DNA of 64,000 bases from Botryllus schlosseri (Eukaryota). Under the pieces are notes generated by a model, which searched no databases, had not been told where the DNA came from, and saw only the letters and a program-made list of their open reading frames with translations. Location: positions 2,606,001 to 2,670,000 of the forward strand of contig CM119373.1 of NCBI GenBank assembly GCA_051294905.1, in the 5' to 3' direction. Below are positions 13,673 to 26,653 of this stretch, one piece after another; positions within the stretch are counted from its first letter, which is position 1, and each line of letters begins with the position of its first letter. Both the position numbers and the translations under genes were made by a program.

Positions 13673-15511
13673 CAGGGGTTCTCAAAGGGTGGGCCATGGC
13701 CATGCACTGGTGGGCCACAGAGCATTTTGAGGTAAGCCACAGAGCTATTTAGAAAATTTCAGAATTAATTTAAGTTTAGTTATATTTCTTACTTTATTCG
13801 CTAAAAATATATTCGTATTATCTAATTATACGTAGGCTACATAAAGCTTTTCATCCGACTCTGATTAGACGCAGTGGCACGTATGAAGTCAGCATGTACA
13901 ATTTGAAAACGTTAGGGAGAAACGGTGGCTTTTTCTACTGGCTATGACAACCTATGGCTAACAGCAACTAAAATAATTTGAAGCCTATAATAACTGGGAG
14001 ATCATGCTGAAGTAACCAAGTATTCCGGCAGGGTCATATGTCGTATGCCGCTGAAAGGGGCATGCAATGAACTCTCAATAAAGTGCAATTGATGTACAGA
14101 TTTACTTAACTTCGGCAGGCCGTATTATTGTAAGCTAAAAATAGCCATAATTGAAAATTATTAGCAACTTCTGGCGGAGGTATACCGCACCACCGCAACG
14201 AATCTTAATGGATTGAGGATTTATCGGAGCGCATTAATCTTTGAAGTCGGTTTAACATTTCTGACCTGAAAATCATTGTACATAATGAAAGAGTCGAAGG
14301 AATTGATTGTATCATTGGATTGAATATTCTGACATCGCAACTTCAGTTGTTTTGGTACAAGACATACAAAGTACATCATGCATATTGAAAAATCTTTCTT
14401 CACTTCTCTGTAGTACCCCATTCACCAATGAATTGTTCGATGCTGACCCAGAATGATTATAATATTCACCACAATAGCATCACTGAAGTCCCAATCACAC
14501 AGTGCGGGGATCTGATCATTGTGGTTAACGACGCGAATGGAGCAGCGGACGAAAATAATCTACTTAGGAGTTTTAGCTTATGATCTAACTGGGCCGTAAC
14601 TGCCGCACCCACACCCCCAATTGGGGGAACTCGTAGGGGCCCAAGATTTTCTCGTTGGTCGTTTGCTGGAGGATATTTATTCAACTTGAAATTTTTTTTC
14701 GCGCTTCGCGCGAGATCATATTCCGGGAGATGGAGATTTAAATATCATCAGTTAGAGAAAAAGGCGCATATTTTAGAGAAATAGGCATATCGGCGCTGTC
14801 CATGACCACGCATTAAACAGGACTATGACCAGGGTTGTAAGCAAGTCATAAGGCACCGAGTCACAAGTCAATCTCAGTTTTATAGTTTTGACTCGAGTCA
14901 AGTCGAGTCATTTTCAATTAACCATCGAGTCAAGTCCGAGTCCAAGTCAGCGAAAATAGGGTCGAGTCAGAGTCACGGTATTATGACTCGAGTCGAGTCC
15001 AAGTCATTGTATTGACTGTTCAGATTCCTGTTAATGTCTTGTTAAACCCACCTTTTATAACTCTGTTTGGTGATATCGAATGGTTCTCATTTATAATATG
15101 CTAATTTTCCTCACTTTCAGCAGTTTCTGGTCGCATTTTCAAGTACCAGTACGAATAGTCGAAATCCAAATAGTGTGGTTACTTTACTATTCTTCGAAAT
15201 TACAATGAAATGTCGGTCTTGGCGGTCTGCGTCTCGAGTCATAGGACTTGGCTCGAGTCATGCAAAATGACTCGAGTCCAAGTCGAGTCAATACAGAAAT
15301 TGACTCGAGTCGAGTCGAGTCATTTCCGTATTTTGAGAAAGTGACTCGAGTCAAGTCGAGTCATCATAAAATCGTGACTCGAGTCTGACTCGAGTCGAGT
15401 CATGACTCGAGTCATTACAACCCTGACTATGACTCTAAGATATCAGGTGGGCCACAGCACATTTTTAAACTGGAAAATGAGCCACGGCCAAGAAAGGGCT
15501 GAGAACCCCTG
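13673..15511. mobile_element. hAT Charlie-type non-autonomous element containing a family A insertion
   Basis: TIR CAGGGGTTCTCA/TGAGAACCCCTG. TSD ATCTAGAA/GTCTAGAA matches the NTCTAGAN Charlie target preference. Confidence 0.88.
14830..15425. mobile_element. hAT MITE family A (596 bp), inverted relative to 6251-6846
   Basis: TIR CAGGGTTGTAA/TTACAACCCTG, perfect TSD ACTATGAC. Same length as, and highly similar to, the 6251 copy. Confidence 0.95.
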
Positions 15512-15535
15512 GTCTAGAATCTATTCCACCGATAA

Positions 15536-16859
15536 CACCATGTACCAAAAATTTAGTTGAGCCGATATTTTGATATTTCCTATACCACATTTCTTAGTAA
15601 ACCAGGTTTCTGGCATTTATTTGCCCCAAAGTGTCGTTTAAAAGTGTCATTTTAAGCTTTTTAAATTTCCCGGGCCATGTTTTTCAAGCTCCTTTGTTGA
15701 ATTTCCTATTAACTGTGACGACACTTTGATCCATCATTCAATTCATATTAGTTGGTTTTTAGTAACAGTCATTTTCTCAGTCTCAGTTAGTCAGCATTGG
15801 CTGACATTGCAAGATTCAGATTAACTAAAAAATGACTTGATACTGCATATCCTTCTATGCCATCTCCTCTTAACAACATGTTCCGTATTGCAGTAAGTTT
15901 TTCCTGCTAAGACTACCAGGCAAAAAAGTTCCAAGAAGACTCGACAGGGCTTAAAGATACAGAAAATGACTACGATCACGACTTCAAAATCTCCCTCATA
16001 GAGATCAATCCAGAACCACATGTTCCGAACCAATACGAACTTGATGATTTAGTTGAGACTCACTGAATCAAATGCGGAAATTCTGACTCCAAAGTTAAAA
16101 CTATGGAACGATGTCCTTCATCTAGAAAAGGGCAGGAACGATTTTCACGGTATTTTTCTCTGGCAGGCTCTCTTTGCTGGTGCGTGAATGTTGGAAATCT
16201 TTTGTAAAGCACTTGACAATAAAATGACTGCGAGAGAAGCAGGAGCATTCAAGGCATTTCGAGATGTAGTAGAAAATTTTCTTTGAAGCAAACGAAGCAA
16301 TGAATATAAACCTCTGATAAACAATATGATTGAGATATATGAAAAAAATAGAGTGGAGCATGTCCTTAAAACCACATTACCTGCACCTTGATTTTATTAG
16401 TTCCAATGTGGGTGATGTAAGCGAGGAACATAGTGACGTGTTCAGTACGATGTGTATGATTTGGAAAGAAGATATTAAAAGTGGTGGAATTGCATCATGA
16501 TGGGGGATTATTTGCGGTTCATAATTCCAGCAGATTTCTCAATCTATAGACCCAAATCATAAGAACAAAACCCCTTCGGAAATTTTTTGAAGTGTTTCCA
16601 TCCTTTTATAATCTATGGTATTCACTGTTTGTGCATATTCCTTCGTTTTGTTAGTGTGTTTGTACGTCCAACATGGAATTACGCGTACTATTACGGGGCA
16701 ACTTCGAGTAAAACGAGAAATCAGAAAAGTAACATTTTTCAAGGAGTAGGGACACTTCAGAAGAAGTTTTCGTATTTTAGTGATTGGTTTGGAATAGCAA
16801 AACACAATACACGAAACTTTTTACTCGATTAAAATTTTGCAAAATTTTGTGACATGGTG
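15536..16859 (+). mobile_element. Chapaev3-like (CMC) DNA transposon relic with broken transposase
   Basis: TIR CACCATGT.../...ACATGGTG flanked by TAA/TTA (TWA-type). Frameshifted transposase fragments EPHVPNQYELDDLV, AFKAFRDVVENFL*, MSLKPHYLHLDF..NVGDVSEEH, LERRY*..MMGDY. Superfamily assignment is from recalled motifs. Confidence 0.72.
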
Positions 16860-17484
16860 TTATTTGTGGTCCATATTAAGAGAAGCTATCGCATTTCACA
16901 GACAAAAGTCACGCAGACAAAACCACTTCGGTCGATTTCAAAGTGTTTGCATTGTTATTTGTTGCATGAGTAAGCTATATTTGTTCATATTAATCTTTTC
17001 ATTAGCGTTTTCTTACCTCCAATAAAGAATTATTGTGAGTAGTAAGGAGCAAATATGGGTAAAATCGAAAATTGAAGAAATGCTGGAAAACTTCAGGAAA
17101 AAATTTGGTATTTTGGTAATTAGTTTGGAATACTAAAACATAATACATAAAATGCTTAAGTTAACTAAAACTTTCGCATAGCCAAAATCGATGCATTTAT
17201 CAGACTTGCACAAACTACTGGATTTTCAAAATACGCAACTAGATCTGGAACTAAAAGTACTAACTTTTCAGAACTCACGACTAAATCTAGAACTAGAACT
17301 ACTCAAAGACAGTAGTCAGTTGACCGCCAACTAACCAGATTGGTAAATTTGATTGCCAGCGACGCGGCGGCACGGTGACCGGGTTTCGGTTTTCGGGCAA
17401 GCCGTCAACCGATGTCCTACGAACGTAAGGTGGTGGAAACCCTCTGAAACTCCACGTGCCTCACGCTTGAATATCATCGACAAC

Positions 17485-18340
17485 CAGACGTGGTCAGTAA
17501 CGAAGTACTTCTAATTTTTCGAAGTACTCAAGTAGTTTTCATCTACTTCTGGTACTTACTCAAGTAGATCTGATTTTCGCTACTTCTACTTCGTAATATT
17601 TTCTGATCTACTTACTTACTTTTCGCTATTTTCAGTTTGTCAAGTAGAAGTAGTTTAATCCTCCAGACGGGAAGATAGCCTGAGGAATTCTGGGGCTGTT
17701 TTCACGGAGCATCAACATTTATTTTTCATAAAATTTGAGTAAAGCCCAGAATTTTCGTCGCGTGGTTCCGTTTACACCGGATTATCGCCCTTCACCATAT
17801 CAAATATTTCATCAGAGTATATAATATTATGGCTAATCATAACGTTTCAACGAGAAATGTCACGATGTAGCATTTACTTATCATATCGTAATTTAGCAGT
17901 CCATGGCGTGTCCTAATCTGGAAAAATGGACTCAGATTATTATTAGTTTTAGAGCTATTTTAGCATACCAAACTTCGAAACTTTCTTGACTAAAGCCATG
18001 AAATACATGCTTTGCTTTTAGAAGTAGTATTTATATTTCACTTTCAACTCTCAGTATCATATACTTTGAGTTCTAATTGATATCAGTTTTTTTGTCTGGA
18101 TACCATACATGTTGAAGTATAAAAGCAAGTGCCTTTAATTTCCGGAAATAAAGCTACACGGTATGGCATTTTTACGATTCGGCATATTTTCTATTAAAGT
18201 TTACTAATCGCCCAAAGGATTAGTATCGCATTTCCATATCAATACTATCATTTTCATCCCATGATGCGGACGAATGCTTATGATGTCTAATATTGGATAC
18301 CTCCTGCTGTGCATCAATACGAATCAAGCCGAATCCTAAC
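17485..18340. mobile_element. Truncated, internally deleted hAT MITE family B copy
   Basis: Starts CAGACGTGGTCAGTAACGAAGTAC and is colinear with 23836-25117. The right end is missing. Confidence 0.8.
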
Positions 18341-18653
18341 GAATCCAATAACAATAAGTTCGACCAGATGTGAGCAATACTTCCAATTGGATAGCAAGAG
18401 TCGAACGAGTGGCGATACAATATATCGTGACTGTAATCAGCAATGCCATACTAATTGGAGACTCAACGAACATAATTCGTCTTTTACTGATATATCACTA
18501 GAGCCCTATCCGAAACAGACAAGTACTTTGCATTACTACTAGAGATATATTTATAGAGGACATTCATTATTTTTCATCTGTGTGTAGATTTCCACTTTGC
18601 CATTGACGTTGGTCTTCTCGAGGCTCTGAAAATGACAGAATATGAGTGATGAG

Positions 18654-19358
18654 TAGGACAATTTTTGGACCTAAAAATGGAAGATTTCGACCTAAAAGAT
18701 TTTGACTTCAAAAATGACAAATTTTACATGAAAACAATTTATTTTACCGAAATCTGGACCTATGAAGAATCCCAGTAGTTACATCAAGCTATACGGTAGA
18801 ATAATTAGAATTTGTTGCAGTACAACGAAAAATACTTTACTACACTCTCGGGTAGAAAGTGTCTGTCTCTACAGTAGTAGCTTGCCAATAACGGAGAAAG
18901 AACGTTCAACAGCAGCAGTTGCTGACTGGCAACACTGAAGTTAGGCTTACACTGCTGCTAACACACCATGTTGCTTCATTCTGACAGTGTTCTCTATATC
19001 ACAGTTTTTCATCATGAGGTTCCTGATATAAACACCAATACCCACGCAGTCTTGCTTCAGTAAGGATATTTCGGTACGTTGAGAATAACACCATGTCAAC
19101 CTGTTTGCTTCACATACGAACGTTTAAAATTCACAATGAGCAGACAGTGGGCAGTCTACACGGTAGGCCTATAAAGTAGGCTACAAGATGTCAAATGTTA
19201 AATGAGAAGTTCATTGACAGTGCAAACATGTACGATACAAACGAAATGCTGGTTGCACAAAATTTTTGACTTTGTAGACAATTTTGACATTTTTTGACCT
19301 AACGCGACAATTTGGACGAAATTTTGACTTTTTTCGACTTGTCAAAAATATCGCCATA
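18654..19358. mobile_element. hAT-type MITE
   Basis: Imperfect TIR TAGGACAATTTTTGGAC/GTCAAAAATATCGCCATA, perfect TSD GTGATGAG (18646-18653, 19359-19366). Paralogous empty site near 60480. Confidence 0.75.
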
Positions 19359-20229
19359 GTGATGAGTGAAACTTATGTTGATACTCTGTCTAGTCTTTGG
19401 CAGACCCGCGGAAAAATTTACATCGCGCGAACCACGATAGGTGGTCATAATATGACTGAATTTTGATATGCTAGAAATTATGCATTTTCGGAACGGAAAT
19501 TATTGGCTGCTATAAATAAACGCCTCTTAAAAAAATTCACATCAACTAGAACGGTGAGAGGAGTGGATTTTAAGGGTGAATTATATTACATTTTACACAT
19601 TCATATATGAGTCGACGCGAATGGTTACAAAGATGCTTATAAGTTATACAAACAAATATTTTCCCTTTATTGAGTGGATGGATATTCTGTTTCACGCAGA
19701 TTTATTAATTCAACCCGTTTTGTAAGTTAACGGAAGATCAAAAGCGTGTTGACACTACAGTGCAGGCAATGAAATCTAAATTCAGTCGAAAAGAAAAACA
19801 TTTTACACGTGAAATCGGCACCGGTTCGTAGCTTTTTGTTAACGACAGAAGCATTACATCACCACAACGCTACCAACCGACACTTTACTGCAGTGGCGGG
19901 CAACCTCTCCGGTCGGCGGGCCGGATATGGGAAAATGAAGCACTTGGCGGGCCGGTTTACACAATATATACATTATACCTTAATCGCGTATTTATCCACC
20001 TATACAAGGAATCAATTGTATTTAATGTAAACTTTAAGTTTAAAGCATAGAGACCAAAACCAGTATTTAATGAATTTATTTAAAATAGCCATTGAAGTCA
20101 ATCAGACATCTGTGGTCGTTCAATATTGTCACCTAGTTTTTTGAACTGTCGTATGCGGCAGCCCTTAGTAAAGACTGCACGCGAAGATCAGTTATATCGG
20201 AACGCAGCCTTCCTCGTTAATGTTCGTGG

Positions 20230-21061
20230 CAGTGTTGGGATCAAGTCACTACCTTCGAGTCACAAGTCATCTCGAGTCAATGCACATTTTGACTCGAGTC
20301 AAGTCAAGTCACTCGATTTTTGGAGGTGACTCGAGTCAAGTCGAGTCAAGTCAAGTCAAGTCTCGAGTCAAGTCACTAGCCAAGTCAAGTTGAAATTCCA
20401 AAGTAGGCTACTAGACATGATTCAAAGTCATTACATTTTGCTGTTTTAAATACAGATGAAGTACCCATTTATTCCTGATCGAGGAACGAATAAAGAGTTG
20501 ATTATACGCGCAAAAGGCGCTGTATCTCTCACGCCTACGCAGAACTGCTCAACTACGCCTGTATAGCGGTAGTTTCAGTCTTTAAATATCAGCCAAAATA
20601 CAGGATAACATACGAAACTCAGATAGTTTTAAAATGATATAGTTCAATACCCTACCCACCTACTTATGCACGATATACAATTATAAACGCATGTGCGATA
20701 TTCGTTTGATTTAAACTATATACGAGAGGGTTAGGTTGAGGTGAGCAAGTTCACGACAACGTAAGCTACTGTATAAGCTTCGATCACTGAGTTTGCGATC
20801 AATTTATTTGTGATATAACAATGGAGGCTCGGTAAAACGCACAATCATTGATTCATTCGTTGGCAATCCGAACTTATACAAGATACAGCGATTTAGTCGA
20901 CATCGATTACATGATGACTTGAAAATTGATTCGTAAATTTTGCTTCGAGTCACGAGTCAATCTGCATTACTGAAGCGTCGAGTCAAGTCAAGTCATTTTT
21001 CCAAGGTACTCGAGTCCAGTCTAGTCGTGCGAAAAAGGTGACTGGAGTCATCCCAACATTG
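20230..21061. mobile_element. hAT MITE related to family A (GAGTCAAGTC-rich)
   Basis: TIR CAGTGTTGGGAT/ATCCCAACATTG, TSD GTTCGTGG/CTTCATGG (6/8). Confidence 0.8.
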
Positions 21062-21411
21062 CTTCATGGTCGAAATTGTTGGTGGACCCGAACAGAGGAA
21101 GTAGTTTAATGTCCATCTTTCTCAGATTTGCAAACTTGGATTCATTCTGTGACGCATGAAATTTGTCAATACTTTCAGAATAAATTTCACTTTCTGAGTA
21201 AAAACTCTCGGCTGGCCATACAAAGTCCCTTCACGGGTCATCTTTCGAACCATTCAAGCTACGAACTCATGCAGATTTGACATGTTAAGTTTTTTCCGGC
21301 ACTGTATACTGGGCTTTAATGTTAAGTTACATCAAATAAGTCGTAGCAAATATCTGGAAGCCTACCACTGAAAATGTTTGCACGTGGTTCATATGGTATA
21401 CTTACTTATTG

Positions 21412-21651
21412 CTACCATCCAATAATCAACTTTTCGGATTCGTCGTAGTATCCTTTGGATTCGTCTTCATCCATACCATAGTAACCTTTCGATTCGTCGT
21501 AGTATCCTTTGGATTCGTCTTCATCCATATCGTAATAGCCACGTTCCTGGTCGTAATGCTTTCTCCTGCGGCGCCTGCTTGCCCTAACAAGATCAGCCTG
21601 TAGGACAAGCCCGATTACGACAAGAAATATCAAAGTGGTTCTCATCTGCAT
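21412..21651 (-). CDS. Secreted peptide precursor, 79 aa: signal peptide + Arg-rich segment + acidic tail with 4 GYY cassettes (paralogue 1)
   Basis: Hydrophobic N-terminus MQMRTTLIFLVVIGLVLQAD, then RASRRRRRKH, then DESKGYY repeats. Paralogue at 57354. TATA box and GT-AG intron lie upstream. Confidence 0.9.
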   Translation of the reverse strand: MQMRTTLIFLVVIGLVLQADLVRASRRRRRKHYDQERGYYDMDEDESKGYYDESKGYYGMDEDESKGYYDESEKLIIGW

Positions 21652-21658
21652 GTTGAAG

Positions 21659-21728
21659 CTGCGAAAAAAAAGATTAGTGTTATCATATCACCCTAACAAT
21701 CTATGGAATTTGCAGTCTATAGTCCTAC
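21659..21728 (-). other. 5'-UTR intron of paralogue 1 (70 bp)
   Basis: GTAGGA...CACTAAT...TTTTTTTCGCAG ending 7 nt before the ATG. Same position and length in paralogue 2. Confidence 0.8.
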
Positions 21729-21793
21729 TTTGGTATCGTTCCAGTGCTATCGTAGCTCTTGATCGATCTGACGCGGTTGACATATCAAGCTCC

Positions 21794-21800
21794 TTATATA
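21794..21800 (-). promoter_or_regulatory. TATA box of paralogue 1
   Basis: CATCTATATAAGGAGCTT is conserved in all three copies (21794, 45889, 57205). Confidence 0.75.
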
Positions 21801-22157
21801 GATGTCGGATGGAATTGTTTCCTCGCAAAATTGTGGAAAACTGTTTATACCTCATTACAGCAACATCCGGCGTTATCCCGCTATTATTATTTAGTATATT
21901 AAACGGGATTATGTCAACAAAAGTATTTCCGATGATCTTCATAGTATATTATTTCTAAATAGTTTCATATTAAACCCTATTACCGAGCGTACATCGATGT
22001 TAATGATAACACCGTGTGTAACCCAAGTAAAACCGGCGCAATCAAATTCAAGCGAATTCATCTGTTGTCAGTCAATCATTTTACAGCTCAAGGTAAAGAT
22101 AGATGCAAGGAATGACTTACAGATAGAAATAGATAGATAACGTCTAACGATATAAGG

Positions 22158-23204
22158 CAGTGGTCGGGAACCTATAGCTCGCGAGTCATATATGGCTCTT
22201 TTGGGTATAAGATATGGCTCATTGACATATTCTTAACTTTGTACTTGATTTTATCGATATTGCAGCAACTTGTTAGTAAATTTTCTTAGCGGCCAGAATA
22301 ATTTTTCTCGTGGCCAATGTTCCATCTAAGCTGCCGCGCACAGAAAAACGTGTTCCGCGCACATGAAAGCCGAATTGATGACCTTTTTTGTAGTCGTTAC
22401 GCACTGTTGCCCAAGAGACCACGCAGTGAGTTGGTGAGTGCGCGCAGACTCGTGAAAAATTAGAGGAAACATTGCTCGTTACAGCATAAACATGTATTTG
22501 AGAGGTCAAGGTGGTGGCGTATCGATGGTTAAGGGCTCGAACCCCTTTACAAAATCCTCAAATATAAGTGGATGTAGCGCCAGCGACCAATATTCCTCGC
22601 GAATTTGATGTACCCGGCATCGTGCGCTGCGTACTCCTGGATTGCATCATACGTTGGTTAACCAAGAGAATAGCAGACATGGGGAAGCCTATATGGCAAT
22701 CTACTTTTCAAATACACATTGTCTTTCTGATCTAAGCCGAGAAATGAGCTGCCTTGAAAGTGACCTTCCAATTACCAATCCAAATTACAAACAACGCTTC
22801 GCTATCTACATCCAAATTGATAAGTAGTTTGCTAGTAATGCCCTTAAATGTGCACGTGTAACGCAACGTTCATGTTACCACCGAATTGAAAAGTCGATCA
22901 GTATTTATTTTTGGAATCAATGCTATAGTTATATTACATTTATATCAGTTATTATAAATTATAAGCTATTTACGATGAATTATCCTATCACAGGATGATT
23001 AATAGGCTAGCATACAAGTTGTTACAGAGAAAATGTGGTGTGCATGATCAACCCCATGTAGTGAGTTCGAATTAGTACTAACATGACGTCACGAATTTTC
23101 AATTGTGACGTAGCAATTAATTGACATGTATGGCTCTTTGGGAGTTAAAATTGAAAATATAGGGCTAACACGGCTCTTCAGACTAAAAAGGTTCCCGACC
23201 ACTG
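22158..23204. mobile_element. hAT Charlie-type MITE inserted in a fragment of the foldback family
   Basis: TIR CAGTGGTCGGGAACC/GGTTCCCGACCACTG, TSD ATATAAGG/CTATAAGG. Flanks ~22030-22157 and 23205-23270 resemble the arm of 23476-30795. Confidence 0.88.
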
Positions 23205-23835
23205 CTATAAGGCATGGTAAACAGACTAAAAACCACGACTTTTTGAAAGTTGGCCGATTATGAACGGCTTAAATGCAGGCTGGCATGAGAGGCAACGTGA
23301 TACATATGCACCATGCGTAATCATTAGTGAAGATACGGGGTTCACTATTATCGCTTCGTATAGCGGACACGAATATGAGATGATATATTTATGTTAGCAC
23401 TTAGCAGAATGCCGCAAACTGCAAGTTTTACTGGGAGTGTTAGGCTACATTGAGTCATATTGACTATATGTATAGTAGGGTTGTTCAGAATTGGTCGACT
23501 TTCATAAATTCGTGGTTTTTTAGTCCGTTGCTCTTGCCTTGTGCCTTGAAAACGTATTCTAGCTACTTTTGTCTGTAACTCATCCCTTGCATCTGTGTGT
23601 GTACTTGATGAGCTGGAAGAAAATCGCCTGAAAATGGGGGATTCCCGTAAATTTTGAGTGCCGCTATTTTACCTATCCTATACTAAACTGCCATATATGT
23701 CAGGGTTTAAGCAGCTGTTGTGGTTTGGGGTGATGCAAAACCTCCCTGTATATATTTTTCTGTGTTCAGGACACCATTTTCATATTGCAGACTTCCTTGG
23801 AATACTAAAACTTACCTAAAAACTGGCATCATTTT

Positions 23836-25117
23836 CAGAGGTGGTCAGTAACGAAGTACTTCTACTTTTTCGAAGTACTCAAGTAGTTTTCCTCTACTTC
23901 TGGTACTTACTCAAGTAGATCTGATTTTTGCTACTCCTACTTCTACTTCGTGACATTTTGTGATCTACTTACTTACTTTTCGCTATTTTCAGTTTGTCAA
24001 GTAGAAGTAGTTCAATCCTCCAATCAGGAAGATAGCCTGGGAAATTTCGGGGCTATTTTCACGGAGTATCAACATTTAATTTTCATACAGTTGAGTAAAG
24101 CCCAAAATTTTCGTCGCGCTTCGCGCGCGGAGTAACCACTATGATTTCACGGAAGTATCGGTGAATATAATTTAGGTAGCGGGTTGTCGTGGTTCCGTTC
24201 ACACCACATTGTCGCCTTTCGCCCATATCAAATATTTCATCACAGTATATATGGCTCGTCATAATGTTTGAAGCTGCTGTTTAGCAATCTAGTATTTACT
24301 TATCATATCGCAATCTAGCATGTCCATGGCGAGTCCTAATCTGGAAAAGTGGACTCTAACTTTTTTTTAGTTTTAGAGCTGTTTTAGCATACCACCTTTG
24401 AAACTTTCTAGACTAAAGACATGAAATCCATGTCCCGCTTTTAGAAGTAGTATTAATGTTTCAATTTCAATTCCCAGTATCATATACTTTTGGTTCTAAT
24501 TAATATCAGTTCTTTTGTCTGGATAACCTATGTTGCAGTATAAAAGCAAGTGTAGTAAGGCCTTTAATTGCCGGAAATAAAGCTACACAATAGGGAATTT
24601 TACGGTCTGCCATATTTTTTATCGATGTTTACTAATCGCGCAAAGTGTTTACACCGTATCCTATACAACTTCACCGTATTGCTCCTCGACTAAACTAAGG
24701 GCCCTATAATATGGGGGGGGGCGCCATACCATGATATTTTCTAAAACGTGCTGTTCGAGAAAACAGAGGATTTGTATCGCATTTCAATATCAATACTATC
24801 ATTTTCATCCCATGATGCGGACAAATGCTTATGCTGTCGAAAATTGGATAACTCCTGGTATGCATCAGTATGAATCAAGCTCGGCACCGTTCGCATAACT
24901 CAATTTGCACCTTTGACAATCCATGTGAACGAATTAGGACCGTTTTCACAACTACTTACTTATTTGAGTAGATTTAAAGTCAGTCAATTCTACTTCTACT
25001 TCAAGTAGTTCTATGTTGCTTGTAGAAGAAGTACTTCTACTCGTACTTGAGTAGAATTTTTCCTCGCTACTTCTACTTCTACTTGAGTAGCTTTCTTGAC
25101 TACTTTAACCACCTCTG
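23836..25117. mobile_element. hAT MITE family B, full length (1282 bp)
   Basis: TIR CAGAGGTGGT/ACCACCTCTG, perfect TSD ATCATTTT. Confidence 0.93.
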
Positions 25118-26653
25118 ATCATTTTACACGATTCACGATGTAAAAGAATATAACGGTGAAGTGTAAATGCACCATCCAATTGCACAGCGACATTGCAAAT
25201 ATCTTAATATCCAATGAAATGCAAGAACATGACGGGGAAATGGATAACGAAACGAAACAACATAACAAAGAAAGGGATTAATTTGACAAAAAATCCAATA
25301 CCAATCAGAAATTCTGAAATCTTTGCCGAAGATCATCCACGGCTAGCAAGAGACTTGCTTGTGTTTTCTGTCGACAGGTATGTACATAGCGTGGTCGGTA
25401 GTTTTATTATCAAACGCGCTGCTGCATCGTAAGTTGTTGACCGCTATTCGCGAATTCCCTAGCACTCACGAAACGCGCATCACCATGCCATTCTGACACT
25501 GGAAGACTCGAGCTGATAGTGTTCCACAGTCATAGCATCAATACGAACTACGATTCTGTCCCAATCAAATACACAATTAAAACATGACATAGGTCTCTGT
25601 CCCTGAGTCACAAACGTAGATGATTGATCCGACGAATATTGTGCATGTTGTGCAAATTCGAAATCCCTGCTGTGGGGGGTGTCAGCTGCTTGTGAATAAG
25701 ATATATATGTGCTGTAGCTGTAACTTCACTTTCGTTAATTCATGCTGCTGCAGGCCGGCTTCCAGTCATGCATGTTCAGTCTTATTCTTGTTGTCTGATT
25801 GTAACTATCAACACTTTATCTTTGCCGCCAATCGTTCCTAATCTGGGACCTCCCTAATCATGGTAGGAAGTTATGCCTTATAGTTGTTTATTCGTCTAAA
25901 ATGAGCATTTTTGCATCAATTGTCGAAATAGCGTCAAGAGTTCATTTCCCATATCCCATAGCTTACGCAGTACAGCTACAAAGTCACTTTGTCATGTTGC
26001 AATATATCGTTGGTCTGGGACAGTTGAATCAAACAGATTTTTTGCAGATGATAAAGAAATTTGAAGGCATAGTGTTTTACCATGATCCAGATTAGGAACG
26101 ATTGGCGTCAAAGATGAAGAATTGTAAGGTAAACTCGGGCAACAAGAAAAAGACTTGACTAGCTAGAGGTGCACCGCAGCAGCAAGTGGCCAGGTAAACA
26201 TACATAGAACTCTTTTATATCTGCACAAGCAGCTGATTCTCCCCATAGCCGTGATTATGAAGTTGCACAATATTTATCCGATCATCCATCTAAATTTACT
26301 ACTCTGAAAGCCACCGAAAATCAAATAAACGACAGAAATCTATGCCAGATTTTTGATCGTTGATTCGCTTGAGACGGCTTCTTCGTTCACATTGATGGTA
26401 TGGTGGTAAAACACCATTGGACGAGCCTTCCAGTTTCAGAATGGCATCGGTATCCGCATTTCATGAGTGCTCGGGAATTCGTAATAATGGTCAAGTAGGT
26501 AAAGATCCAGCTAAATGTATGATTAAATTGAATACCGACCACGCTATGTACATATCAGACGACGGAAAACAGCAAGCCTGTCTCTTACAAGCCGTGGAAG
26601 ATCTTCGACAAAGAGTTCAAAATTTCGAAAAATCAACACATCAATCATATTGG

